Shown piece after piece: positions 29,607 through 39,780 of a stretch of 64,000 nucleotides of DNA (the stretch's first letter is position 1; every line of letters starts with the position of its first letter). This DNA comes from an uncultured Gammaproteobacteria bacterium (GTDB taxonomy: Bacteria > Patescibacteriota > Patescibacteriia > Magasanikbacterales > GWA2-37-8), in contig CAYHBZ010000001.1 of the NCBI GenBank assembly GCA_964355175.1, forward strand, positions 64,445 to 128,444, in the 5' to 3' direction. Under the pieces are notes generated by a model. The model saw nothing but the letters and a program-made list of their open reading frames with translations, did no database searches and was not told the DNA's origin. Both the position numbers and the translations under genes were made by a program.

Positions 29607-29662
29607 GTCATTCCGAACGCAGTGAGGAATCTTAGAAGATCCCTAGTTACACTCGGGATGAC
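29607..29662. repeat. palindromic intergenic repeat, copy D (GTCATTCCGAACGCAGTGAGGAATC...ACTCGGGATGAC)
   Basis: inverted repeat between atpG and atpD. Confidence 0.8.
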
Positions 29663-29675
29663 AATACTAAACTAA

Positions 29676-31073
<1,398 letters not shown>

Positions 31074-31076
31074 TCC

Positions 31077-31106
31077 GTCATTCTGAGCGTAGCAAAGAAT
31101 CCCTTT
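31077..31106. repeat. half copy (left arm only) of the palindromic repeat family, copy E
   Basis: GTCATTCTGAGCGTAGCAAAGAATCCCTTT directly after the atpD stop; no right arm. Confidence 0.65.
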
Positions 31107-31122
31107 CACTCAAACAAAAATT

Positions 31123-31557
31123 ATGCCAAAAATAAACCTAAAAATCGTTACACCGGAAAAAGTAATTTACGAAAATAATCAGGTAGACCAAATTACTATT
31201 CCGACTACCACCGGTGAAATCACCGTACTACCAAACCATGTACCCCTGGTTAGTATTTTGAAATCCGGTGAGATGATTTTTAAAGAAAATGGACAAGAAA
31301 ATTTTTTCGCGCTGTCTGGTGGATTTTTGGAAGTGAAAGAACACAGTGAAGTATTGATCCTGGCCGATAATGTAGAGCGCGCTCATGAAATTAATATTGA
31401 AAAAGCTGAGGCGGCGAAAGCAAGAGCCGAGGTACAGATGAGTGAACTCAAGAATACAGAAGATGTAGACTTTGCTAGATTGCAGGCGGTGATTGATAGG
31501 GAAGCGAATAGATTGAGAGTGGGGAATAAGTACAGAAAACTTCCTAAGAGTGAATAA
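31123..31557 (+). CDS. atpC: F0F1 ATP synthase subunit epsilon
   Basis: beta-sandwich N-terminus (VTPEKVIY...TGEITVLPNHVP) plus helical C-terminus. Confidence 0.8.
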   Translation: MPKINLKIVTPEKVIYENNQVDQITIPTTTGEITVLPNHVPLVSILKSGEMIFKENGQENFFALSGGFLEVKEHSEVLILADNVERAHEINIEKAEAAKARAEVQMSELKNTEDVDFARLQAVIDREANRLRVGNKYRKLPKSE

Positions 31558-31564
31558 ACTCAAC

Positions 31565-31598
31565 AAAAAAACAATGGTACGAGACCATTGTTTTTTTG
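31565..31598 (+). terminator. rho-independent terminator ending the atp operon
   Basis: aaaaaaacaatggt-acgag-accattgttttttt. Confidence 0.75.
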
Positions 31599-31626
31599 TT
31601 GAAAAAGGGATAAAATATATTTTATT

Positions 31627-32571
31627 ATGACTACAAATTTTATGACTAAAAAACAAGTCTTAATTCTAGAAGATCTCGGTATTACAAAAGCAGACTTTGA
31701 AAAAATCGCTGCAAAAGCGAATTTACCGTTTGATATCATATGGGAAAAAGATTTATCAGACACAGAGTCGGTTGAAGCAATTATCACTGTTAAAACAAAA
31801 TTTGATAAACAATTGTTTGCTAAATACCCCAATGTAAAAGTAATTACAGTCGCATTTACAGGCTACGATTGCGTTGATATTGAAATTTGTCGGCAAAATG
31901 GCATTGCTGTCTACAATGTCCCTGCTTATTCCACAAATTCTGTAGCAGAACTCACAGTTGGTTTGGCAATATCATTATTAAGAGAAATTCCGGCTGCAAA
32001 CAATATAGTCTGTTCTGGAAAATGGAATATGAAACCAGACCAAGAACTTTCTGGTAAAACAGTAGGTATTCTTGGCACAGGTACAATAGGAATAATGGCA
32101 GCAAATTTCTTCAAAACTTTTGGCTGTAAAATCGTAGGTTGGTCAAAAACAGAAAAAGAAGAGTTTAAAACGCTTGGCAATTATATCTCAGATCTACAAG
32201 AATTTTTCTCTATTTCAGATATTGTTTCTATACACCTCCCGCTGAATAACGAGACAAAAGGAATGATCGGAGAGAAAGAACTTGCTTCCATGCAAACAAC
32301 TGCCTATCTTATTAATACAGCGAGAGGGTCTATCATAAATGAAGAGGCTCTAATTAAAGTATTAAGCGAAAATAAAATTGCCGGAGCAGCCCTAGATGTA
32401 TTTGCTCAAGAACCTATCAATCCAGACAGTCGGCTTTTGCAGCTCCAGAATGTTATTTTAACACCGCACATTGCATACAAAACAGTGGAAGCATTGGAAC
32501 GAAGAGCTGAAATTACAATAAGAAATATTGCTAATTTTATCAATGACAACAAAACAAATAGAGTTAATTAG
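31627..32571 (+). CDS. D-isomer-specific 2-hydroxyacid dehydrogenase (NAD-binding; PGDH/GDH-like)
   Basis: GILGTGTIGIMAA Rossmann motif; catalytic R..E..H region (TARGSII...E, TPHIA). Confidence 0.75.
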   Translation: MTTNFMTKKQVLILEDLGITKADFEKIAAKANLPFDIIWEKDLSDTESVEAIITVKTKFDKQLFAKYPNVKVITVAFTGYDCVDIEICRQNGIAVYNVPAYSTNSVAELTVGLAISLLREIPAANNIVCSGKWNMKPDQELSGKTVGILGTGTIGIMAANFFKTFGCKIVGWSKTEKEEFKTLGNYISDLQEFFSISDIVSIHLPLNNETKGMIGEKELASMQTTAYLINTARGSIINEEALIKVLSENKIAGAALDVFAQEPINPDSRLLQLQNVILTPHIAYKTVEALERRAEITIRNIANFINDNKTNRVN

Positions 32572-32605
32572 GTGGCAATTTTTGGCAGTGACTTAAAAAA
32601 ATAAT

Positions 32606-32857
32606 ATGAATGTTACAAAAAAACACGATTTTATACCTAAAGAAAAAAGAAACAAAATAGTAAATGAGATAATTACTTACTATAAAACAAAAATGGATCA
32701 AGAAATCGGCGTAGTGGTCGCTGAAGATATCCTAGATTTTTTCTTAGAAGCTATCGGAAATGATATTTATAATAAAGCGATTAGTGATTCAAAAAATACT
32801 ATTAAAAATGGTTTTGAGATTATTGAAGTCGATTTAGATTTATTACTAAATAAATGA
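32606..32857 (+). CDS. hypothetical small protein
   Basis: 83-aa ORF in a block with A-ending codon bias; no recognisable motif. Confidence 0.3.
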   Translation: MNVTKKHDFIPKEKRNKIVNEIITYYKTKMDQEIGVVVAEDILDFFLEAIGNDIYNKAISDSKNTIKNGFEIIEVDLDLLLNK

Positions 32858-33243
32858 TTAAATTTAATAAAAAATATTTCATAGCCGCAATAATATTATT
32901 TATAATAGAAATTTTTATCGCCCTATTTATACATGATAGAATAGTTAGGCCTTACATAGGGGATATGCTGGCGGTAATCTTAATTTTCTGTTTTATAAAA
33001 AGCTTTATTAATATTAGATCTATGTATATAGCAATTTCTACTTTGGTCTTTGCTTACTTTATAGAACTACTGCAATATTTTAACTTACTTGATTATATTG
33101 ATTTAAAAGGCAATAAAGTTGCCGCGATACTGCTAGGTGGGTCATTTGACTGGATTGATTTGGTTAATTATACTTTAGGAATAGTAATTGTTATTACATT
33201 TGAAAAAATGATTTTAAAACTAACTAAAAATAAGCTCTCTTAA
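32854..33243 (+). CDS. hypothetical membrane protein (3-4 TM)
   Basis: hydrophobic helices; start overlaps the upstream stop (ATGA). Confidence 0.35.
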   Translation: MIKFNKKYFIAAIILFIIEIFIALFIHDRIVRPYIGDMLAVILIFCFIKSFINIRSMYIAISTLVFAYFIELLQYFNLLDYIDLKGNKVAAILLGGSFDWIDLVNYTLGIVIVITFEKMILKLTKNKLS

Positions 33244-33249
33244 TTAAAT

Positions 33250-33732
33250 ATGGAAAATCAAAACGAAAAATTTATCTTAAAATGTATTGAGTTAGCACAA
33301 AAAGGTTTAGAAAAAGGAGAGATGCCTTTTGCTAGCCTTATTACAAAAGGGGACGAAATTATAGTCGAATCTATAAATGGAGCCGCCGGAAGAATTTCTG
33401 ACCACGCTGAAATTCTAGTCCTAGACAGGGCTCATAAAATATTAGGAACGTCTGATTTATCAGGTTATACATTATATACAATTTGCGAACCGTGCCCTAT
33501 GTGCTCATTTATGATCCGTGAATATAAAATAAAGAAAGTGGTTTTTTCACTATTCTCACTATTTATGGGCGGATATTCAAAATGGAACATTCTCCAAGAT
33601 CAAGAAATAGCTCAATTTAAAGATTTCTTTGGCCAACCACCGGAAGTCGTGGGTGGAATTTTTGAAGACAGAGCAAAAAAGATATTTGCCCAGACGCCGC
33701 TTTGGATGTTTGGTAGTGACTTAAAAAAATAA
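33250..33732 (+). CDS. CDA-fold nucleoside/nucleotide (tRNA-adenosine/guanine-type) deaminase
   Basis: zinc-binding HAE ... PCPMC motifs. Confidence 0.7.
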   Translation: MENQNEKFILKCIELAQKGLEKGEMPFASLITKGDEIIVESINGAAGRISDHAEILVLDRAHKILGTSDLSGYTLYTICEPCPMCSFMIREYKIKKVVFSLFSLFMGGYSKWNILQDQEIAQFKDFFGQPPEVVGGIFEDRAKKIFAQTPLWMFGSDLKK

Positions 33733-33762
33733 AAGGTTATTTGTCCCTAGCAACCTATTAGA

Positions 33763-33796
33763 AATAACGACCATAGCACAGTCGTTATTTTTATTT
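33763..33796 (+). terminator. rho-independent terminator after the deaminase gene
   Basis: aaataacgac-catagcaca-gtcgttattt plus T-run. Confidence 0.55.
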
Positions 33797-33820
33797 AAAA
33801 CTACTACTAAATTTATAATA

Positions 33821-33849
33821 TTGACGCCCCCCCCCTCTAATGATATAAT
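33821..33849 (+). promoter_or_regulatory. consensus promoter TTGACG-17-TATAAT whose spacer contains a C9 homopolymer (candidate slipped-strand phase-variation switch)
   Basis: exact hexamers; spacer = CCCCCCCCCTCTAATGA (17 nt); the only long G/C homopolymer seen in the window; 37 nt upstream of ORF 33886. Confidence 0.5.
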
Positions 33850-33885
33850 TTTATCAAGTTTAAATTAGACTTTTAATAACATTAT

Positions 33886-34728
33886 ATGCATCCAGGTGAA
33901 GCGGGAAAAAATGAAATTAGTTCAATTGGCAGCGCCTATTACACTTTCAGTAAATTTAAAGAAAGAGCAAAAAGCAAGGATATGGTCGGGCTGAAGGCTA
34001 ATTTACAAGATGTCAAATCATCACAAAAATTCGTTGAAAAAAATTTACCCGATATTCCAAAAGAAGCACGTGAAAATAAAAATGGGATCTACAGTCCGGC
34101 CCACATGCTTAACAACGCTGTTTCTTACATGGCACAAACAATTGAATCTGGTGATCAGTCCGATTTAGGAAAGGCGTCAATTGCAGCAGATCAGGCTGAA
34201 AGACTAGCTGGTTATGGAATGAAACTAAAAGAAGTTAATAACAGTCTTAAAACAACTGTGCTCACAGGATCACACACTCGAGAAATTAATCGTACAAATG
34301 TAATCGATATACCGGTCAATTGGAAAGAATCCGAAGCTGGTAAAAAATTTTTAAAAGGTATTACCGATTTTATTATAGCAAGAAATAAAGGAGAGGTAAT
34401 AACAGACAAAGATATTCAAATGTTTACTGATTTAGGAGATTTAATATTGACCGCATACAAGGATTTAAAGGTTGGTAAGGATCAAGCTCAAACTTATCCT
34501 ATGGCGCGAGAAATGATCCTCATCAATCTAGCTTTATTGAAAGCTGAAGCAAAAAAACATATAGGCAAACGAATGCCGCAAACAGAGAAAGATTTTGTAA
34601 CAGTTCAACTTATTCGGGGATTATACCATCACGATACGGCTACTGAACAAGAACAAAAAATGGGGCACCGTGAAAGTTTTGATAAAGGTCCAACTATTAT
34701 AGATAGACCACCCGGTCTACAAACTTAA
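33886..34728 (+). CDS. hypothetical protein, 280 aa, no signal peptide, no recognisable domain
   Basis: long ORF with A-ending codon bias; own promoter and terminator. Confidence 0.45.
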   Translation: MHPGEAGKNEISSIGSAYYTFSKFKERAKSKDMVGLKANLQDVKSSQKFVEKNLPDIPKEARENKNGIYSPAHMLNNAVSYMAQTIESGDQSDLGKASIAADQAERLAGYGMKLKEVNNSLKTTVLTGSHTREINRTNVIDIPVNWKESEAGKKFLKGITDFIIARNKGEVITDKDIQMFTDLGDLILTAYKDLKVGKDQAQTYPMAREMILINLALLKAEAKKHIGKRMPQTEKDFVTVQLIRGLYHHDTATEQEQKMGHRESFDKGPTIIDRPPGLQT

Positions 34729-34835
34729 GATTATCAAATAGACATAAGAAGTTTAAAAAAATAAAAAATAGCCCTCAAAAAGAGCTATTTTTTAGCCCTA
34801 GCCAGCCATTTTCTTCTCTGCTATACTAAACATAT

Positions 34836-34970
34836 ATGTCCAAATGCAACACCTGCACCCTAGTTCTGGAGAATGAAGAGGATGCTTGCGTTTGCAACAG
34901 CAGTATTTGTCATGGTTGCTGTAGCTGCCAGGACGGCTGTGGTTGTGGATGTTTAGCCGCCCACATTTAG
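34836..34970 (+). CDS. unlisted sORF: 44-aa Cys-rich metallothionein-like peptide (MSKCNTCTLVLENEEDACVCNSSICHGCCSCQDGCGCGCLAAHI)
   Basis: 11 Cys in 44 aa, in CxC/CC/CGC clusters; ATG..TAG complete; TATACT -10-like box upstream; the overlapping 62-aa antisense ORF (34798..34986) is also Cys-rich, so strand choice is not settled. Confidence 0.4.
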   Translation: MSKCNTCTLVLENEEDACVCNSSICHGCCSCQDGCGCGCLAAHI

Positions 34971-35013
34971 AAGGAAATTTTATCACAGGGTAAAGACTAC
35001 TCTTTATTTAGGT

Positions 35014-37992
35014 ATGTCAAATTTGAATTCCAATCAAAAAATCGCGGTGGAATATAACGACGGCCCCTTGCTGATAGTAGCGGGTGCTGGTACCGGCAAG
35101 ACCACTGTGATCACCCAAAAAATCGCCTATCTGATCCAAAATAAACTCGCTCGCGCTGAGGAGATTTTGGCGGTGACTTTTACCGAAAAAGCTACTACTG
35201 AAATGGAGGATAGAGTACAAGAACTTTTATCTTTTTCCGGCTTTGATGTCCTTACTTGTACTTTTCACGGACTGTGCCAGCAGATCTTGGAAAGCAACGC
35301 GCTCGATATCGGCATCCCAAATAATTTTAAACTTCTCAACGAAACGGAAAGTTGGCTTCTCGTGCGCCAGAATTTGGATAAATTTAAATTGGATTATTAT
35401 CGACCACTGGGTAATCCGACCAAATTTATCCACGCGATGATTAAACATTTCCAAAAATGCAAAGACGAATTGGTCACACCGCAAAATTATCTGGAATATG
35501 CCCAAAGTTTGAACCTAGATTCGGATTTGGAACCAAGTAAAAAAAAGAAAAAGAAGACCGAGGATAGCGGAGAAGATACCGCACTAGAAATAAAAAGAAT
35601 AAACGAACTGGCTGAGGCATATCATACATACAATCAATTATTGCTTGATTCTAGTTCGTTGGACTTTGCGGATCTTATTTTTTATACCGTCAAACTTTTC
35701 CAAGAACGTCCAAATGTTTTAAAATTTTATCAAAAAAGATTTAAATATATTTTGGTAGACGAATTCCAGGATACCAATTATTCTCAATACCAACTTATTA
35801 AACTACTAACTCAAAACAGCGACACCAAACTCACGGTAGTGGGGGACGACGATCAAAGTATCTATAAATTCCGCGGCGCTTCCGTGTCCAATATTTTGCA
35901 ATTTAAAGATGATTTTGTAAAATCCAAAGAAGTGGTGCTAAGCGAAAATTATCGCTCCGGACAAAAAATTCTGGACTTGGCATATAATTTTATTCAACTC
36001 AATAATCCGGATCGCCTAGAAGATAGACTAAAAATAAATAAAAAACTATCGGCTCAAACCAAGAAAGTCGGGGATTACGATTTATTAATGGGACAAAATC
36101 CTAGTCATGAAGCGGATTTACTATGTAAAAAAATTCTTGGTCTAAAAGAACAGGATAAAAATCTTAAATGGAACGACTTTGCGATACTTTGTCGCGCCAA
36201 TAGTTTTGCAGATCAGTTTATCCCTTACCTCAATCAGCTAAATATTCCTTATGAATTTGCCTCTCCCAGCGGTTTATTTCGCCAAAAGGTAGTCTTGGAC
36301 AGTTTGGCATTCTTGCGTTTGTGCGACAACTACCACGAGTCCAGCGCGGTTTACCGCATTCTCAACAGTCCAATTTTTTCGATGTACTACAGCGATCTTT
36401 CTCAACTTTTGCTATATAGTCGCCGCCAGACAGTTTCGCTCTTTGAATCCATCAAAGTAGCTTCACGCGGAATTGTGAAACTAAGCAAACACGGACAAGA
36501 AGTTATTGAGAAACTCATAAACATCGTGGGTGAATGCACTCAGCTGAGCAAACAAGAGCCGGCCGGTCGTGTGCTCTATAAATTTTGGGAAAAATCAGGT
36601 TATCTGAAACTGCTCAGCGATAATGTAGAAAAATACCAAATTGATATTTTGTATTTGCAGGCCTTGTTTGAAAAGATAGACGAATTCCAAAAAAATAATA
36701 GCGATACCGGCGTGCGATCTTGGCTGACATATTTTGAAACTTTGCTTGAATCAGGTGATGACGGGGAAGATTTTTCTCAAGATACCAGAGGAGACGCTGT
36801 CAAAATTATGAGCATTCACCGATCCAAAGGTTTGGAATTTGAATATGTCTTTATTCCAAATTTTGTAGACCAGAGATTTCCATCTACCAACCGCTCTACC
36901 GCTATTGATCTGCCCGATGCTCTGGTACGCGAAGCGGCCTTACCAAGCGGTGACGCCCATACTCAAGAAGAGCGTCGTTTGCTATATGTAGCCATCACCC
37001 GCGCCAAACAAGGTGTATATTTTACAGCAGCCAAAAATTATGGCGGTGCGCGTGATAAAAAACTTTCTAAATTTATCCTCGAACTAGAAAGTACCAACCA
37101 AACCGCTTTTAGCCGAGAAATAATTAGCAGTGGACCAATTATTGATCTGGAACAAAAATCTAATGAGGAGGTAGCCGAAACTTTTGAACTGGAAATTCCA
37201 AAAGAATTTTCCTTTTCACAATTACAATCTTTTGATAAATGTCCTTGGCAGTATCGTTTTCAATTTATTCTCAAAGTACCAACTTTTGGCAAAGGAGTGT
37301 TTAGTTTTGGTAAAACCATGCATGGTACTTTGCAAAAATTTTACCAGCAAGTGATTGAATTAAATTCCGCCAAACAAAATTCTTTGTTTACTGCCGCTGC
37401 GCCAAAATTAGGCGAAGAAATAAAAGTGCCGTCACTGGATACTTTAAAAGAAATTTATAGAGAAGCTTGGCAAGATAGCTGGTTTCAATCTGCTGGCCAA
37501 AAACAAGAATATAAGAAAAAGGGGATTGAGATTTTGGAAAACTTTTATGCTCGCGGCGAAAAAGAAGGTTGGACTGTGCCTATCACCGTGGAAAAAGGTT
37601 TCCGTTTCAGATTAAAAGATCACACTATCAAAGGCCAAATTGATCGTATTGATAAAACTATCGACGGTAAATTAGCCATCATTGATTACAAAACCGGCCG
37701 ACCAAAAGACAAACTCGCTGCCGAAGATAAAAGTCAGCTCTTGATTTACCAAATCGCAGCTGAGAGCGTGATTGAACTGCGTAACCTCGGCGAAGTATCT
37801 GAACTGCGTTATTATTATTTAGATAATAATAGTGTTCAGGCTTTCAAAGGTACCGATGAAGAAACTGAAAAAGAAAAAATAAAAATTGATGAAATAATTA
37901 CCGAGATAAAAAAGAAAAATTTTACACCAAAACCAAATAAGGAGACTTGCCAGTACTGTGACTTCCGTGATATCTGTGATTTTCGTGTATGA
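35014..37992 (+). CDS. UvrD/PcrA-type SF1 helicase fused to a C-terminal RecB/Cas4-like PD-(D/E)xK nuclease with a 4-Cys cluster
   Basis: Walker A AGAGTGKT; helicase motifs (VDEFQDTN, TVVGDDDQSIYKFRGA, MSIHRSKGLEFEYVF, VAITRAK); nuclease motif IIDYKTG; C-terminal CQYCDFRDICD. Confidence 0.8.
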   Translation: MSNLNSNQKIAVEYNDGPLLIVAGAGTGKTTVITQKIAYLIQNKLARAEEILAVTFTEKATTEMEDRVQELLSFSGFDVLTCTFHGLCQQILESNALDIGIPNNFKLLNETESWLLVRQNLDKFKLDYYRPLGNPTKFIHAMIKHFQKCKDELVTPQNYLEYAQSLNLDSDLEPSKKKKKKTEDSGEDTALEIKRINELAEAYHTYNQLLLDSSSLDFADLIFYTVKLFQERPNVLKFYQKRFKYILVDEFQDTNYSQYQLIKLLTQNSDTKLTVVGDDDQSIYKFRGASVSNILQFKDDFVKSKEVVLSENYRSGQKILDLAYNFIQLNNPDRLEDRLKINKKLSAQTKKVGDYDLLMGQNPSHEADLLCKKILGLKEQDKNLKWNDFAILCRANSFADQFIPYLNQLNIPYEFASPSGLFRQKVVLDSLAFLRLCDNYHESSAVYRILNSPIFSMYYSDLSQLLLYSRRQTVSLFESIKVASRGIVKLSKHGQEVIEKLINIVGECTQLSKQEPAGRVLYKFWEKSGYLKLLSDNVEKYQIDILYLQALFEKIDEFQKNNSDTGVRSWLTYFETLLESGDDGEDFSQDTRGDAVKIMSIHRSKGLEFEYVFIPNFVDQRFPSTNRSTAIDLPDALVREAALPSGDAHTQEERRLLYVAITRAKQGVYFTAAKNYGGARDKKLSKFILELESTNQTAFSREIISSGPIIDLEQKSNEEVAETFELEIPKEFSFSQLQSFDKCPWQYRFQFILKVPTFGKGVFSFGKTMHGTLQKFYQQVIELNSAKQNSLFTAAAPKLGEEIKVPSLDTLKEIYREAWQDSWFQSAGQKQEYKKKGIEILENFYARGEKEGWTVPITVEKGFRFRLKDHTIKGQIDRIDKTIDGKLAIIDYKTGRPKDKLAAEDKSQLLIYQIAAESVIELRNLGEVSELRYYYLDNNSVQAFKGTDEETEKEKIKIDEIITEIKKKNFTPKPNKETCQYCDFRDICDFRV

Positions 37993-38282
37993 TGAAATCT
38001 CTCGCTGACATCCTGAAATACAAAGGACGCAGCTCACCTTTTATCAAAGGCGTGCTTTCGGCTGCCATTGTCGACAATGGCAATATTTTTATAGAAAAAA
38101 ACTGGGGAGACGGTGGTAAAAAATTAGCACAAGCGATATATGTGAAGGAAGGGGTATTGGTAATAGCTTGTCTGAGCTCCATAATGGCCCAAGAAATCAA
38201 ACTAAAAGAGCGCGAACTGCTCAGCCACTTAAACCAAAACTACAGCGATATACCGATTAAAAAGATCAGATATTTGTCTTAA
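37989..38282 (+). CDS. DUF721/DciA-like small protein
   Basis: 97 aa; start overlaps the helicase stop (ATGA); pattern L..IL...G......A.....W..IV....LA..I....L.I...SS.WA.E resembles DUF721. Confidence 0.35.
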   Translation: MMKSLADILKYKGRSSPFIKGVLSAAIVDNGNIFIEKNWGDGGKKLAQAIYVKEGVLVIACLSSIMAQEIKLKERELLSHLNQNYSDIPIKKIRYLS

Positions 38283-38340
38283 ACTAGCCTAAAATTCCGC
38301 CTTGCCAAAGCCGATTATTTGGACTATAATTAATTGACTT

Positions 38341-38739
38341 ATGACCTTAAAACAATATTTACATCTGATGGCGGCAGGCACCCTTATCTGTTGGGTAGCC
38401 TGGTTTTTTATATTGTTTAACACCGATCCGAAAGAAGCCGACTTCGTAATTTTTACTTTTTTATACAGCAGTTTGTTTTTGGGAATTGTTGGTTTATTTT
38501 CCGTTATTGGCTTTTTGATAAAGAGCCGTCGCACTACTCATGATGATGCCGTATTTCGTCAAGTGAAAAAAACTTTCACTCAAGGCATATTGCTGGGTGC
38601 TTTTACAATTTGTGTTTTAATTTTGCGTCAATTTGATTTATTGTTCTGGTGGAATGCGATCTTTTTGGTAATACTCTATGTGCTGATTGAGGGCGTAATT
38701 TTATCCAACCGCAAGTACCATAATCGTGATTATGTTTGA
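38341..38739 (+). CDS. hypothetical membrane protein (4 TM)
   Basis: hydrophobic profile only. Confidence 0.4.
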   Translation: MTLKQYLHLMAAGTLICWVAWFFILFNTDPKEADFVIFTFLYSSLFLGIVGLFSVIGFLIKSRRTTHDDAVFRQVKKTFTQGILLGAFTICVLILRQFDLLFWWNAIFLVILYVLIEGVILSNRKYHNRDYV

Positions 38740-39778
38740 TAAATTGTTTAATCGTTTTCGCAAAGATCTGGGAATTGACCTTGGTACGGCCAATACTTTG
38801 GTGTATGTAAAAAATCGTGGCATTGTAATCAACGAACCAAGTGTAGTGGCAATCAATACTCGCACTGATCAAATTTTAGCCGTAGGAAACCAAGCCAAAG
38901 AAATGGTTGGCAAAACCCCACCTCACATTATTACTCCTCGTCCGCTCATTGGTGGCATTATTGCTGATTTTGAAGTTACTGAAAAAATGTTGCGTTATTT
39001 TATTGATAAAATAAACGAAGACGAACGAAATTTCTTTTCTCGTCCGCGTGTAGTAATCGGTGTACCGCTTGAAATTACCGAAGTAGAGCGCAAAGCCGTA
39101 TCCGATGCGGCCATCAATGCCGGCGCCAAAGAAGTATATGTGGTCCAGGAGCCGATGGCCGCCGCGATTGGCGCGCGTATGCCGGTGCGTGAACCGGTAG
39201 GAAATCTGATCGTAGAAATCGGCGGCGGTACTTCTGAGATCGCTTTGATCTCTCTAAGCGGTGTCGTGAATTGGAAATCTATAAAAATTGCGGGGGACGA
39301 ACTCAATCGCAATATTGTTCAATACGCTCGTGATGAATTTAATTTGCTTTTGGGCGAACGCCAAGCGGAAGATATCAAAATAAAAATTGGTTCCGCTATT
39401 GAACTATCGGAAACCATGCAATATCCGATGCGCGGCCGTGATTTGCTCAGCGGCTTACCAAAAGAAATCATGATCAGCGATGCTCAGGTGCGTGAAGCGA
39501 TAATTAAATCTCTGCGTACTATCGTAGAACATGTAAAAGCTACACTAGAAACTTCTCCTCCTGAATTAGTAGCCGACATTCATGAGCGCGGCATTTTGTT
39601 ATCCGGCGGTGGCGCACTACTGCGCGGGTTGGATAAATTAATTGGCCGTGCCACCGAAATTCCAGTGCGTATCGCGGACGATCCTTTAACTTCTGTCGTA
39701 CGCGGCAATGGTTTGCTTTTGGACGATATGGAATTACTCAACGAGGTAGCAATTCTTTCTCCTCATCATAATCTTTAA
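38726..39778 (+). CDS. mreB: rod-shape-determining protein MreB
   Basis: actin-fold phosphate-1 motif DLGTANTLVYV; EIGGGTSEIA; full-length MreB homology. Confidence 0.9.
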   Translation: MIMFDKLFNRFRKDLGIDLGTANTLVYVKNRGIVINEPSVVAINTRTDQILAVGNQAKEMVGKTPPHIITPRPLIGGIIADFEVTEKMLRYFIDKINEDERNFFSRPRVVIGVPLEITEVERKAVSDAAINAGAKEVYVVQEPMAAAIGARMPVREPVGNLIVEIGGGTSEIALISLSGVVNWKSIKIAGDELNRNIVQYARDEFNLLLGERQAEDIKIKIGSAIELSETMQYPMRGRDLLSGLPKEIMISDAQVREAIIKSLRTIVEHVKATLETSPPELVADIHERGILLSGGGALLRGLDKLIGRATEIPVRIADDPLTSVVRGNGLLLDDMELLNEVAILSPHHNL

Positions 39779-39780
39779 AA

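Noticed and set aside
31627-34990. Integrative mobile element or prophage covering the low-GC codon-usage block
   Set aside because: There is no integrase, transposase, direct-repeat att sites or phage structural genes in or next to the block. I kept it only as a compositional island of unknown origin.
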